Shown here piece by piece: positions 49,966-64,000 of a stretch of 64,000 bases of DNA. Within the stretch, counting starts at the first letter, position 1. Each line of letters begins with the position of its first letter. The stretch comes from Octopus sinensis (Eukaryota), in the NCBI RefSeq assembly GCF_006345805.1, contig NC_043009.1, forward strand, positions 37,944,001 to 38,008,000. Direction: 5' to 3'. The notes beneath the pieces were generated by a model. That model did no database searches, was not told where the DNA came from, and was given only the letters and a program-made list of their open reading frames with translations. The translations under genes were made by a program, and so were the position numbers.

Positions 49966-51263
49966 CACACACAGTCACACATTATAAATATATGTAAATA
50001 TATATATTAGTGTTATTAAGTTTGACATAATCTGGGCTAATACTAAGTTCATATGTGTGTGTCCACGTGATATATCTATCTATCTATATATATATATGTA
50101 TGTGTATATGTATATATACATGTATGCACATACAATCACAGCTTTTCACATATATCTTATGCTAAGATTTGCAATTACACACTCTATTATGTGAATTGAA
50201 AGTGCCTTGCCAATGATCTTTTCTCCAAATGTAAAAATGACACAGCTTTCAACAATATGTTGCATAGTATTAAATATGCAGAAAAAAAAAAGAATCAAAA
50301 AGAATACATAAAAAAAAAAAATGATATATGAAGAAGCTATCAATATAGTATTGTCAGTCAGTTTAAACGATTTTTAGAAAATAGTAGTTGTGTCATTATT
50401 TTCTTCTCCTTTCACTGAACAGTTTCTCCTCTTTTGTAACAAAGAAAATAACTAAATAATCTAGTGTGATATAGCTATAGAATATAAGAGTTTATAGAAG
50501 GTTTTTGTTATTTTCGAAAATGTGAGATATATATATATATATATATATATTTCTACATACATATATATATATATATTCTTATATTCTTATCATATATATA
50601 TATTCTTATCGTATATATATATATATATATGATAAGAATATAAAGAAGCTTCAAACTTTTGGTTAGCAACAATAAATAGAACAAAGATGATGCCAGAATA
50701 AACAAAATTATGATTGGAAAGAACAAGAGGGGAAAAAAAACGCATCTTCCAATAAAATGAATCCAAACAGAAGAATATATAATAATTCTCCTGGTAATTA
50801 TTATTTGTCACTAAGAATTATACTATTAATAAGTCGTAAAAATAATACTTGTACGTTTCTAATTTTATTTTTTTTAGCACCATTTCAACAAGTTAATATG
50901 TGTATTATCTTTCTAGAGAGCAAACTAATCGTCTGGAACACTATTTTAGACAGTCCATCAATTTTCTAGCTCACATAAAACTGAACTTTGTTGCTTAACC
51001 CTTTCGTAACAATATTTCTATTGAAATGCATTTTTTTTTTTCCATTCCAGCTAACTTTTGAAAATAATGAACAATTTCATAAAATAAATTTGTTTGTATT
51101 ATGATGGTGTTTGGAACATAAATTAACAAGAAATTTTGATTGGATATTTTAATTTAGGTCACTTTAATCCTTTTGCTATCATAATTCTGTTGACACACAC
51201 TGAGCTTCTTTTAATTAATACTGAATATAATGAAGAATTTAGTAAAATAGCTTTGTAATTATT

Positions 51264-51635
51264 GGAGAGGCTGTGTGGTAAGTAGCTTGCTTATGAACTA
51301 CATGGTTACAGGTTCATTCTCACTGGGTGGCATCTTGGGCAAGTGTCTTCTACTATAGTCTAGGGCCGACCAAAGCCTTGTGAGTGGATTTGGTAGATGG
51401 AAACTGAAAGAAGCCTGTTGTATATATGTGTGTGTGTGTATATGTTTGTCCCCCCAACATTGCTTGACAACTGATGGTGGTGTGTTTACGTCCCTGTAAC
51501 TTAGCGGTTCGGCAAAAGAGACCGATAGAATAAGTACTAGGCTTTCAAAGAGTAAGTCCTGAGGTCGATTTGCTCAACTAAAGGCGGTGCTCCAGCATGG
51601 CCGCAGTCAAATGACTGAAACAAGTAAAAAGAAAA
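51264..51635 (+). mobile_element. CORE-type SINE inserted into a MITE family 2 copy
   Basis: MITE sequence stops near 51262 and resumes at aacataaattaac near 51640. Confidence 0.85.
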
Positions 51636-52350
51636 GGAAACATAAATTAACAAGCAATTTTGAAGGAAGGTTTTAATTTAGACCACTTCAAAGGAGGTTT
51701 GTATCAAAGTATTAGAGGTAGTCTCAGGTGGGTTGGTATCAAAAAGATTTAGATAAAAAATAATGAAGAATTTAGTAATCTAACTTTGTTATTATGAAGC
51801 TGGTGTTTGGGCAAACATTAACATGAAAACTTTCATGAGAAGTTTTAATTCAGATTACTTTGAAAACAGGAAGTTTGCATCAGAGAATCAAGGACAGTAT
51901 CAGGTGTGCTGATATGAAAAGGGTTTAAAGAGCTGTGAATAACAGGGAATATCTAGGTGAAGGTGAGAAAGGTTTCCTGTAGATATTAGTTTCAAATTTT
52001 TGCACAAGGCCAACAATTTCGAGGAAGGAGCTAAATTGATTAAATTGACCTCAATATCCAACTGGTACTTATTTTATTGACCCTGAAAGGATGAAATGTA
52101 AAGTCAATCATAGTGGCATTTGAACTCAGAACTTAAAGACAGACAAAATGTTGCTATGCATTTTGCCCAGCATGCTAAGGATTCTGTCAGCTTGCTGCCT
52201 TTAGCATGTATAAAATTAAACAGTAATATTATTACAAATGTTAGGGCGGCAAGGCAGTGGTCTTTAACACTTTTATTATCATATTTCTGACCAAATTCAG
52301 TCTTTGTTTCAACTAATTTTAAAACAACTAAGAATTTAATAAAATTATCA

Positions 52351-52579
52351 TTAACCCTTTCGTTACTCTATTTATTTTGAGATGTTCTGTGTTTTGTTCA
52401 ATTAATTTTAAATATAACAAAGAATTTAGTAAAATAACTTAGTTATCATTAAGCTAGTGTTTGGAACATAAATTGTGACAAAGGTTTGATGGAAGATTTT
52501 AATTCAAAACTTATGAAAACAAGACATTTGTACTCAGAGCCAGAGCCGATTTCAGCCGGGTTGGTAACGAAAGGGTTAA
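52351..52579 (+). mobile_element. piggyBac-like MITE family 2, full length, nested in another copy
   Basis: perfect 16-bp inverted ends ttaaccctttcgttac / gtaacgaaagggttaa, including the TTAA. Confidence 0.92.
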
Positions 52580-53066
52580 AGTGATGTTTGGGACATAACT
52601 TAAAATGAAATTTTGAAGGGAGACTTTGATTTAGATTTCTTTAAAACAAGAAGTTTTTGTTAAAGATATAGGATGTTCATAAGCAGCTTAGTATTAAAAG
52701 GGTTAAGAGTGGATTAGAGAACAAAACTTTAAATATTTAAAATCGCTGACAAAAGCAGTTTATAAATAATATCCAATAATCATCTATAATATTATTCCGC
52801 TCCAGTCTAAATATGTAACATTTTAAAAATAGAATGAAATTGAAGAAGATTTTAAAAAATGTTCGTTATTTCTAAGATGAATGACTATAATTATTTTACA
52901 TTGTGATCTTCATCATCATAATCAAAATCATCATCAATGCCCACTTTTTCATGCTTACATGAATGGGATGGAGTTTATTGAGGTGGAGTTTATTGAGGTA
53001 GATTTTCCATAGCCCTTGCCCTCCCTAACACCAATCCTCAACTGTTTCCAAGCAAGATAATATTTC

Positions 53067-53298
53067 TTTGACGGTGGGTTGGTAGAAATGTTGGCATGCT
53101 GGTCGAAATACTTAGCAGTATTTCCTCTGCTGCTACGTTCTGAGTTCAAATTACGCCAAGGTCGACTTTGCCCTTCATCCTTTCTGAGTCGATTAAATAA
53201 GTACCAGTTACATGGGGTTGATGTAATTAACTTAATCCCTTTGTATGTCTTTGTTTGTCCCCTCTATGTTTAGCCCCTTGTGGGCAATAAAGAAATAG
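53067..53298 (+). mobile_element. Monomeric Meta-domain-like SINE
   Basis: TSD gataatatttc at 53056-53066 and 53299-53309. Confidence 0.85.
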
Positions 53299-53658
53299 GA
53301 TAATATTTCCTCTGACCAAACATTCTTGCAGAATATGGAAGTGAATGACACTGCTTGTATGATAGTGACAATCATTTTACAACTATCATGTGGCATAAAG
53401 ACAAGGAGATGCAAACATACAGATACACACACACATATGCATATACACATGCACAATGGGCTTTTCTTAGTTCCTGCCTCATGAGGCTTTGGTTAGCTCA
53501 GGGTTAAAACAGAAGACATGCCCAAAGTGTAATACAGTGGGACTGAATTTAGAACCATAAGTTGCGAAGCAAACTGCACAAAGTCAAACCTGTCCCTATA
53601 AGATATCTATCTGTCTGTCTGTAAGCGGATTTGGTAGATGGAAACTGAAAGAAGCCCG

Positions 53659-53727
<69 letters not shown>

Positions 53728-54599
53728 TTGTGTGTCTGTGTTTGTCCCCACCACCATTGCTTGGCAACCGATGCTGGTGCGTTTATGTCCCCATAACTTA
53801 GTGGTTCGGCAAAAGAACTAGACTTACAAAGAATAAGTCATAGGGTCAATATGCTCGACTAAAGTGCTCCAGTATGGCCACAGACTGAAAAAAGTAAAAG
53901 AATAAAAGAATCTATCAATTGGCCTGCTCACCTAGCCAGTGGGGTGGCATCATTCAATGGCTATTGTGACCAGCACTGTATAACAACATTTGATAGTCTG
54001 GTTGGTCATGTGATATGTATACACACACACACACACACACACACTCATATACTTATCATCATCATCATCATCATAACAGCACTGTTTCAACATTCATTTT
54101 TTTTCCATGCTTACATGAGTCAAATTGAATTTGTTGAAGCAGATTTTCTATGGCAGGATACCCTTCTTGTAGCCAATCCTTAACTGTTGTCAAACAAGAT
54201 ATAATATTTTCCCATAGCTAGATATGAAGGACACCATTCCCCACTTCAATTAGGAAAATACTTGTTCCTAATCATCACAGGATGCCAAAATCACACACAC
54301 ACACACACACATCTCATATGGTATAAACCAAAGTATAACGAGCATATAGTTAATTGTTATAATGGGCTATCACCAGCAAACTGCAGTAATAGACAACTAA
54401 TCTCTCTCGAAATCAGTCTAATCTGCAGCTAGAAGCTATTAAAAATTAAAATGAAATTATTAATTTCTTTCCTTCTGAAACATGGTACTCAATAAACTTT
54501 CAACAATTTCCATGTGTAAGAACTAGTTAACATTTATGAAGTAAACCTTGCAAGCAGGTGAAAATTCTTTTAAATTTAACACAAACCAGTTTCTATATT

Positions 54600-54875
54600 A
54601 TGAAATAATAAAACATTTGAGCGAGGTCGTTGCCAGTGCCACTGGACTGGCTCTTGTGCAGCGTGGCTGTTGCCAGTACCACCAAACTGGCCCTTGTGCC
54701 GGTGGCATGTAAAAGCACCCACTATACTCTCGGAGTGGTTGGCATTAGGAAGGGCATCCAGCTGTAGAAACTCTGCCAGATCAGATTGGAGTCTGGTTCG
54801 CCAGACCTCAGTCAAATTGTCCAACCCATGCTAGCATGGAAAGCGGACGTTAAACGATGATGATGATGATGATGA
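54600..54875 (+). mobile_element. SINE family C with 2-3 short VNTR units and (GAT)n tail
   Basis: gttgccagt(g/a)cc repeated, then gtgccggtggcatgtaaaagcaccc. Confidence 0.8.
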
Positions 54876-55214
54876 TAAGGAAGTAAGTGACAGAATTGTT
54901 AGCAGACAACAAAAAATGCTTAGCAACATTCCGTCTGGCTTCATGCTCTGAATTGAGATACTGTCAAGGTTGGTTTTGATTGTTATCCTTTCATGGTCAA
55001 TAAAACAAGTACCAGTCGAGAACTGGAGGCAATGCAATTGACTAGCTCCACCACCCAACTAAAATTTCAGGCCTTGTGCCTATAATAGAAAGACTAAAAA
55101 AAACAAACAAAGCTTTATGCAGTATTGTCATTAATTTGTGCAGTTATTGATCTTTCTTAGCAGCAACACTCTACAAAGCAGCGACAGTATGGCAATCATC
55201 GCTTCAATCATCGC

Positions 55215-55455
55215 TTCAGCAATCTGAGAAAAAAGAACACATTATACAGGACACAACTGGAGAATCAAGGATGGAATATCCAGCAATCTCCTTCTCTGGA
55301 AACCCACACATGGATATACAGATATCAGCAGACCATGAAGGGCATATATTGATCAAGTTGTGAAAGACACTGGACATCAAGTTAAGGATATGAAAGACTT
55401 ATGGAAGATTGGGACATCTGGCATGGAAGAGTTGCACTGGCCTGGACAAGTCTCC
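55215..55455 (+). mobile_element. RTE/RTEX-type LINE 3' end remnant
   Basis: translation HYTGHNWRIKDGISSNLLLWKPTHG...RP*RAYIDQVVKDTG matches the RTEX-like GHCWR...LLLWxPxHG...RP..TYIDQL..DTG pattern. Confidence 0.75.
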
Positions 55456-56130
55456 TGACCGGATAGGTGTATGAATCATTAACTTGTTAAATTAGTAAAG
55501 ATAAGAACAAAGGTATATTTGTATAATATTAATAAAATATTGCTGTTTGGTTTTATGATCAATTTGAAATCTTTCTGTAACCTTAGTTAGGTCAAGTAGT
55601 TTTAAAGTAAAAAAATCAAAAAAAATCCTTCACTGGAATGAAGATTTAAGTGAATAAATGAATATTTGTAAAGAAGAAAAATGAATGAATGAAATAAAAA
55701 TTGCATGGGAAATTATAACAAAAAAAAAAAAAAGGAAACGAGAAAAAGAAATCATTGCTTAGTCGATAAATTCTCATCAGGTGGGAATAAAAAATATAGG
55801 AAGTAAAATAATTAGTTTCAGCACTAATTTAGTTTGAGAAGATGAGAAAAAAAAATAATTTCATTTCATTTTCTAATAGCTTATAGAAAGAGATACATTG
55901 ATTCTAAGAGAGATTAGCTGTCTATTGGCGAGGCAGTTCATAGGTGACAGTTCATCAGAACAAATAACAATATACAGTGTATTATGCTTGCTTCAGTGAT
56001 TACACTCAGTGTGTGTGTATAAATATATATACACACACACATACATGCAAAGCAAGAAAGAGATGCATATATAGACCAGCATGAGATATATGTGTATATA
56101 TATGCATATATATATATATATATATATATA

Positions 56131-56260
56131 TGCTTTGTATCTGTTTATGCATCTATATATATATATATATATATATATATGCTTTGTATCTGTTTATGCA
56201 TCTATATATATATATATATATATGCTTTGTATCTGTTTATGCATCTATATATATATTATA

Positions 56261-56314
<54 letters not shown>

Positions 56315-56520
56315 CATACATACATATAATGCTTTGTATCTGTCTGTTTATGCACATATATATATATATATATACATACATGCTTTGTATTGTCTGGTTA
56401 TGCATGCATATATATATATATATATATGCTTTGTATCTGTCTGTTTATGCATGCACACACACATATATATATACACATACATACATGGTTTGTATCTGTC
56501 TGTTTATGCATATATATATA
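56131..56520. repeat. Minisatellite: seven tgctttgtat(c)...tttatgca units separated by variable (TA)n
   Basis: anchors at 56131, 56180, 56223, 56330, 56381, 56427, 56486. Confidence 0.9.
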
Positions 56521-57199
56521 TATATATATATGTTGATATGCAAGTATACAAGTGCACACATACAAACTCACACAGACAGGTAGTATATATATATTTATCC
56601 ACTGGCTAAACATTCTATTTTTTTCTTCACTAATTTGATTAATTTGACATGTTACTACTTTAAAATAACTAAAAGCTAATCACAGCTGCTTTTATTTAAA
56701 AAAAGAATTTTTTTTTTTAGCAAATCTTTATACATAAAACTAATGTTGGTGCAAATTACATCTTGACTAGTTTAATGAATAATTTAAATGTTAAATACTT
56801 CTGGTAAATAGAAATTAGCAGATATACTGATTGCTGACTGAGTGGTACAATATTATTATTAGGTGATGAACTAGTAGGAATCATTAGCATGCTGGACAAA
56901 ATGTTTGGCAGCATTTGTTGCAGTTCTTTAGATTCTGAGTTCAAATTCTGTCTTTCATCCTTTCAGGGTTGATGTAACTGACTAGACCCTTCCCATAAAA
57001 TTTCAGGCTCTGTCTGGTGCTATGTAAAAGGCACCCAGTATACTTTGTAAAGTATAAGTGTTAGGATGGACATCCAGCTGTAGAAACCATGCCGAAGTAG
57101 ACAACGGAGCCTGCTGCAGTTCTTTGGCATGTCAGCTCCTGTCAAACCATGGTGATGGGCAAAAAAACACACATCTCAAAAATGAGGAATATATATATA

Positions 57200-57450
57200 A
57201 ATAAATGCGCTCTTTTAAAGCCAGGCTCATGGGCCCTGTTTCCCGGTTTCAATGGTGTATGTGTTCTCCAGCTGGACGAGATGCCAGTCCATCACAGCGT
57301 TACTCATTTTTGCCAGCTGAGTGGACTGGAGCAACAGGAAATGAAGTGTTTTGCTCAAGAACACAATGCGTCGCCTGGTCCAGGAATCGAAACCACAATC
57401 TTACGACCGTGATGCTGACACCCTAACCACTAAGCCACGTGCCTCCACAC
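57200..57450 (-). mobile_element. tRNA-SINE family E variant with CORE-like and V-like domains
   Basis: reverse strand shows A box tggcttagtggttag, B box ggtttcgattcc and gatggactggcatctcgtccag (V-domain-like, from recall). Confidence 0.75.
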
Positions 57451-59356
57451 ACACACATATATATGGCATGTAAAAAACACCTAGCACACAAAGCGGTTGA
57501 CATTAGGAAGAGCACCCTCCCAGGCTGGCCAACTCCTGCCAGCAAGGGAAACGGATGCTAAACAATGATGATGACGATAAAGATATAGAAGTGGAATACA
57601 CATTAGTGGTGCCTTGCTCCACACACAAACTGCTAAGTATCGAAAGCAGTCAAGACAGCTATTTCAAGGCTTCTTGCAGTGTCTGGGGAACCTCTAGCAA
57701 TCCTGCTAATCCACTTACTCTGGATTTGTACATATTTTATCAACCCTAAAAGGATTAAACGCAATATAGACTTAAGCAGGATTTGAACACAGAGAATAGA
57801 TGGTCAGAACTGATACTGCAAGGCATCTTATTCTATTCCATGATCTAACAACTCTGCCAATTTGCAGCCTTTGCAGTTAATGGCAGGAGTTGATTCTTTG
57901 AAACTCTGCCAAAATCATTAAAGTCATCATTGGAAGTTCCTGTTAATGAATGCGAGTGCTGAAGAAGATTTCTAAGTATATAAACCAGTCATCAAATCTA
58001 ATAACCTATCTGGAATATAGTTAACTATATTAATCTAAATTTCATGCTAAAACATTTTCATGAGGAATCTCCATGACAACCGAACACCATAAACCAACAA
58101 ACTAAGAGTCAATAAAGGGGAGCAACTATGTGGATGGACACTCGGTCTGCTAAAAATAGCAGCCAAATTTCCTTGAAATCACATTCTACTGTCTTTGAAA
58201 AGAAAAAAAAAGGATACATTAGACAATGTAGTCCTAGTTATATATATATGTATCTCAAAAAAAAAGAAGTTATGGTCATGGGTAGGATGTAGAATGTCTG
58301 TGATCAAAGGTCACTCCAGTAGGGGAAATAAAATATCTACTATAGTCAATCATAATCATGGGTGGCATACTGTGTTTTGGTTTCAAACAGTCTTAAAGAG
58401 ATATTTACATCTACCCGGTGGAGTAGTGGATAAAGAGCTTTGAAATCTGTATAATAAAAAATATGATAGTAAGTTCAATCTTAATCCTAATTGTCTATCT
58501 ATCTATCTTTGTGTTAATGACTATTTTTCCATGTTTCTATATGCCAGATGGAATTCATTGAATTAGATTTTATATGGCTGGATGCTCTTCCTGTTGCTCA
58601 CCCTCACCTATATTCAAGGAAGGCAACATTTTCCCCATGGCCAGGCATGTTTTTCACAGAAGGCTGGACATGAAGGACACTGCTTCCATGATGGTGATGA
58701 TGTTCATTTACAATTATCATATGATGTTAAGAGAAGGGAAGATAGACACACACACATACAAAATGCGTGTATGTGTGTGTGTGATGGGCTTCTTTTAGTT
58801 TCCATTCACAAAAATAAGCTCATAAGGCTTTGGTCAGTCCAATTACTGAAACAGGTAAAAGGTAATACCAAATTATATATCAGAGACAGAAGAGAAAGAG
58901 AAAGAAATGGAGATGGAGTGATGAGAAAGCGAGGTGGGGGAGGAGGAGGAGGGGAAAGATAAATATTTTAAATTCAAAGCTGTAGATTATTTGCTTTCTT
59001 CAGAAAGTAATAGGTTTATCCTTCCAAGAAAATTTCCAGAAGAAAACAAAAGCAATAATAATGCACCAGTGTTCCAAATCAGTGATAATAATTGAAATAA
59101 CTTGGTTAATATGATTAGATTATAACTAACTTCAGAAGTACTGTATATTGCCTTTCAAGTTACTTCCACACGAAAGGGCCAAACTATGTACTGAAGCCAG
59201 AAAGTAGAAAGTCAATAATTGACAGATGACCTACTCTAGAAGATGGCTAGTACTTTATTAAACTACTAATGCACTGACACTAATGGTATGTTTTGAAATG
59301 AACAACACTGGGAACAATTTCGAAATGGATCTTGTGATGTGTTTAAAGTCTGCTTG

Positions 59357-59391
<35 letters not shown>

Positions 59392-59957
59392 TAACAATAA
59401 TAATAATCTGAGTGGAAATGAACAAACATTGACAAGCAAAGCATTATATTAATTTGACAATGAAAGTGATCAAATCTTAGTTGTGACCTTACAACAGCAA
59501 TATAGCACCTGGTGAGAGAACAGCAGAACTTTAATTAACAATCTAGTCCAATTTGTTGAAGGAATGGAATAGAAAGGACAAAATGAAATGAAATTTAAAT
59601 TACTTTTTATTCATGCTTCGAAACTTAAAATCTGTAAAGTGTATGGTTTAGGGTAAGGGTTGGTATCTTTGAAATATTAAGAACAAAACAAAATATCTCA
59701 AAAATTATACAATTAAGTTTTTATTGTATCTTGGAAGGTTCATCATGCTTATCATAAACACACACACACACTGGTTCGCTTTTGTTTCTTTATTATTTGT
59801 TAATTGGTTAAATAATTAACTAATAAATGAATAATAAAGAAACAGAACAGCTGAGTGTATGCTTATTATTGGCATAATGAGATACAAGAAAATCTATTTT
59901 AACACATGGATTCACATCAAGAACCATGCAGACCAAATATAAGAGTGAAATATAGAA

Positions 59958-60358
59958 TACTCTTTCTCTTTTACTTGTTTCAGTCATTTGACTGCGGCCA
60001 TGCTGGAGCACCGCCTTTAGTCGAGCAAATCGACCCCGGGACTTATTCTTTGTAAGCCCAGTACTTATTCTATTGGTCTCTTTTGCTGAACCGCTAAGTG
60101 ACGGGGACGTAAACACACCAGCATCGGTCGTCAAGCAATGCTAGGGGGACAAACACAGACACACAAACACACACACACATATATATACATATATATGACA
60201 GGCTTCTTTCAGTTTCCGTCTACCAAATCCACTCACAAGGCATTGGTCGGCCCGGGGCTATAGCAGAAGACACTTGCCCAAGATGCCACGCAGTAGGACT
60301 GAACCCAGAACCATGTGGTTGGTTAGCAAGCTACTTACCACACAGCCACTCCTGCACC
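59958..60358 (-). mobile_element. Full-length CORE-type SINE, body I
   Basis: reverse family match. Confidence 0.9.
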
Positions 60359-62379
60359 TATTTAAGTCATTTTCAGAAAAAAAAAAAGCATCAGTGAAAT
60401 ACTTTGAAAGTTTAATATTATTTAAATCATACTTTATTTGTAAGATAGAAATTCAAGTGTATAACTCCTTCTGTTACTGTCTCTGAGATAGAAGCTCTGT
60501 CTGTTGGTTATGATGATGAGCTTTTGGTTGTTTGATCAATGGAACTACTCATTAAATTAACGTGGAAATGGCTGAGGATTCCACAGATACCATGAGATAA
60601 TTTTTAAATTGAATTAGTGAAATGTAATATAAAACAAAGTTGGCTCTTTGAGTTTTAGGTACAATGAATTAGAAGGGCTTCCACACAGTTTCCATCTACT
60701 AAATTTCAGACTTACAAGGCTCAGGTCACTTTAAGGGTTTGGTTAAAAAAAAACCCTAAAAAGACAACAAAAAACCCCAGCAACAACAAAACATCAAAGC
60801 TGCCAGACAGTAAGATTGAACCTAGGGCCTCATGACTGTGAAGTGAGTTTCTTAACTACTTGGCCAAGCATCTGTCTGACCTGTTTCTGAGGCTGATATA
60901 TCTTGATGAAGAAGCAGACATAGTTGACAGTTCATTCATTTCACCTAAGATTTATCTGTTTTGCAAGGAAATATTGAATAATGAAGTATGCAAACAGTTC
61001 ATCATAACGAGAAATAATTAATTAAAATCTAACAATATTTTGTTTTAGTTGCAAGATTACGGATGAGTTGAGTATGAATTCAACAAAAAAAACAACATTC
61101 CACCACATTGCACATTAAAACAAAGAAAAACAGAAAGAGGCTAGAAGCAAGAGTACAGAGAATATATCAATTAGCTGTAATTCCATGTCCATGGAATATT
61201 CCATGTTATGCCAGGATCGGTGACAAGTCAGGAGACATCGATTATTTCTGTAAAAATTAAGCTAGGAAACAGTCATGCTATAACATTAGAAGCTTAGGAC
61301 CGAAAGTTGTCTTGCTGTTTCTCCTGCCAGCTGGCACATAGCCAAGGTAAATAATAAGCTGAATTACTTCAGTAATTAATTGATTAGGAACTTCCGAAGT
61401 TATGAAACTTCCCAAGTTTGTCACCATTTTACTGGGTCATGAAGGGTCTGTTTTTTTTTTTTCTTTTTTGTTGCTGGTGTCAAGTGGTGGAATTTGAACT
61501 CAAAAATGTAGAGTGCTTGCTGCTGCAGATATTATAAGGTATCCCTCTTATAGCTCTAATAATTCACTCAGTCAACCCCTCCCACCCTGGGGTGGTACTT
61601 ATATTTACTGACCCTCAAAGGATGATGAAAGGCCAAGCCAACATCAGCACAATTTGAACTCAATGCACAGGGAGTTGGAACAAATACCTCAAAGGTATTT
61701 TATGCTCTAACAATTCTGCCAATTTAGAAACATCAATGAGTGTCCATTAACAAATATTTCCCTTGAACTAAATAGCACAAGGAATGTGTATATAGAGCTG
61801 GTGTGTGTGTCACAACTACAAATATATAAAGCTAATGTGTGTGTGTGCATTACAGCTCTAATGAGCAAGATGTCAACGTAAAGCTAAAGTGTGTGTGTGT
61901 ATGTGCATATATGTTGTATTAACAACTACATAAAACCAGCGTGTGTGTGTGTGTGTGCGTGCGTGTGTGTGTGTGTGTGCGTGCGTGTGTTATAGGTACA
62001 CTATATAAAGCTCGTGTATGTGTGTTATAGGTCCAGCTATATAAAGTTTGTGTGTGTGTGTATTACAGTTACAATCAGCAAAATAGCACTGCAAAAATTT
62101 AATTAAGAGATAGTATGTTTGTTCATTTAACACACATTTTTCTTGCAAAGCTAAAAGTTTTTGATGTGAGATTTTATTAGAGGCAGGATTTTAAAGTCAG
62201 ATGCTCTTCCTGTCACCAACTCTTATTTGTTTTTCAGTTAAAAAAAGAGATCTCATTATTCCGCAGGTCTTTGAGAATAGAGAGCATCCAGTTGTAATGT
62301 CAACATTTAGTGTTGGTTCACTCAAGTGGTGATAAGTAACTGATGCAAATATGATCTGACAATTGAAAACACGAAGAAT

Positions 62380-62600
62380 TAATGGGATAGTTTCTTCAAA
62401 TCTTCACACCAACAGAAGATATTTTTGATACTGGAAAATTCGAGTTCAGCTAAGAATAATGCGACTAAAAGAAGCCCATATGTGGATAAATTGAAGTTAC
62501 TTTACATTGATGAAGCCGAAAAATGGACTTTAAAGAAAGAGCTTCAGGATCACTCTGAGGGCTGGAAACATATTTTAGAGACTTCAGAGAATGGAAGTCA
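62380..62600 (+). mobile_element. Possible old RTE LINE fragment
   Basis: LLYIDEAEKWTLKKELQDH loosely resembles RTE LLYGxETWTLxKxxxxRL. Confidence 0.3.
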
Positions 62601-63297
62601 CTAACAGAGGATAAAAATGTCACAAGTATATGTTATTGGTAGAGATGACAACAATAGCATCATCATCATCATCACTACCACTATCAAATGTGTGTCTTCT
62701 ATGCTGGCATGGGTTGGACAATTTGACAGGATATCACGAGTTGGAAGACTTGTTATGTACCAATATCTGCTTTGGTAAACGGAGGCTAAGGGAAGGAAGG
62801 TATCCTCAAACTAGAATCATGGTCTGAATGCTTGTATCAAAGTGGATTCTGTTACAGGCACTTAAGATGCCAAATAGTGTTAAACTGGCCAATGGGCTAT
62901 GTCTACCTCCGAGGTGAACCTAGATGGGATTTGAACACAGAATGCAAAGAGTCTAAACAAATACAATAAGTTATCTGGTCCAATGTTTTTACTGTTCTGC
63001 CAATCCACCCTCTTAAGTTGGTAACTGTAAATGGTGATCAAGTGTATGTAATTTTTGGTTTTTAGCACCAAATCAACCATGATTGTACAGGCCTATGAGC
63101 AAAGCTATTCTCACCATGACTACCCCATTGACATTTAGAAGTACGTAGGATATATATATATATATATATCATCAGCATCATCTTTTAATGTCCGCTTTCC
63201 ATGCTAGCATGGGTTGGACGATTTTGATTGAGGGCTGGTGAACCAGATGGCTGCACCAGGCTCCAATCTTGATTTGGCAGAGTTTCTACTGCTTTTC

Positions 63298-63328
<31 letters not shown>

Positions 63329-64000
63329 ATGAATTATATATCATATGAGTCAATTTTTTATTTAAGACATTTGGGTGTGATGTGAGAAACATAGCTGTTA
63401 CTTTTAGCAAGTCAAGTGAGAACACAGAGGCTTGTTTGTTGTTTCACAGCAAGAAGTACATACTGTCAGTGATTGTGAGCATGAACAATCTTCCACTATA
63501 ACCACAGTGAACCAAAGATCAATAAGTACAAGCATCCTCTTATGATCATGTTGCTATTGTTTCTTTATGCTACTCCAACCCCTCTGCTATTTGAAGTGAC
63601 GGAAGTAGTCATGTTGATTGAAATAATTAGATATGTTACCAGCAATAAATGAATGAATATTTTAACAAATGTTATTCAAATTAGTGTATGTTTTCACAAG
63701 TTACATTCTCCTTTTGGCATATTGACCATAACCAACACTCACTCACAGGCAAGTGTGACCTCGGAGAATGTTCCATGCTTTTGTTAATTATTTTAGGTGC
63801 TTCTATACTTGCAAGCTGACATAGATATCGTCTCAGCACCCCCTCTTATCCATGATCCAACAGAAAATCCAAAATGTGAGAGCAGGAGGGAGAGTGGGGG
63901 ACTGTACCAGTCATTGAGCTGATGCAGGCCTCTCTCAAATACTGCAAAGCATTCTGTTCAACACTCTGATGATTGCCAGTTTTACCACCTTATAAATTAT

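Noticed and set aside
61190-61205. Perfect 16-bp palindrome catggaatattccatg (also tgtacatgcatgtaca at 44-59)
   Set aside because: About one such palindrome is expected by chance in 64 kb (64000/4^8), more with AT bias
61262-61330. Imperfect hairpin, possible pre-miRNA
   Set aside because: Several mismatches and a loop of about 20 nt; not a clean pre-miRNA fold

Overview
AT-rich eukaryotic non-coding DNA saturated with microsatellites and interspersed repeats. The repeat families (CORE-domain and Meta-domain-like tRNA-SINEs, TTAA-flanked MITEs, RTE/CR1 LINE scraps) match what I recall of octopod cephalopod (Octopus) genomes; this is inference, not a database result. I recognise no protein-coding gene. 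The supplied ORFs come from microsatellites, tandem repeats or SINEs, except a few that carry decayed RTE/CR1 ORF2 C-termini, so the window is probably a large intron or an intergenic region. The main unexplained signal is six separate minimal type I hammerhead-ribozyme (HHR)-like motifs (5618, 20608, 20714 minus, 20853, 39741, 42717). Their helices are unrelated, several have a palindromic stem III, and each has at least one core or stem lesion. Four sit beside (TA)n tracts, three of them within about 300 bp. This fits a decayed population of Penelope-like element (PLE) or retrozyme ends. Other notable items: a dimeric SINE shown by a 14-bp TSD to move as one unit, a SINE carrying a 62-bp GC-rich VNTR, a 6x59-bp amplification of a SINE core, a recent templated insertion with a partial inversion, and a 444-bp insert with duplicated E-boxes, TATA/Inr spacing and an HHR core. 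Repeat boundaries are read by eye and approximate unless stated.
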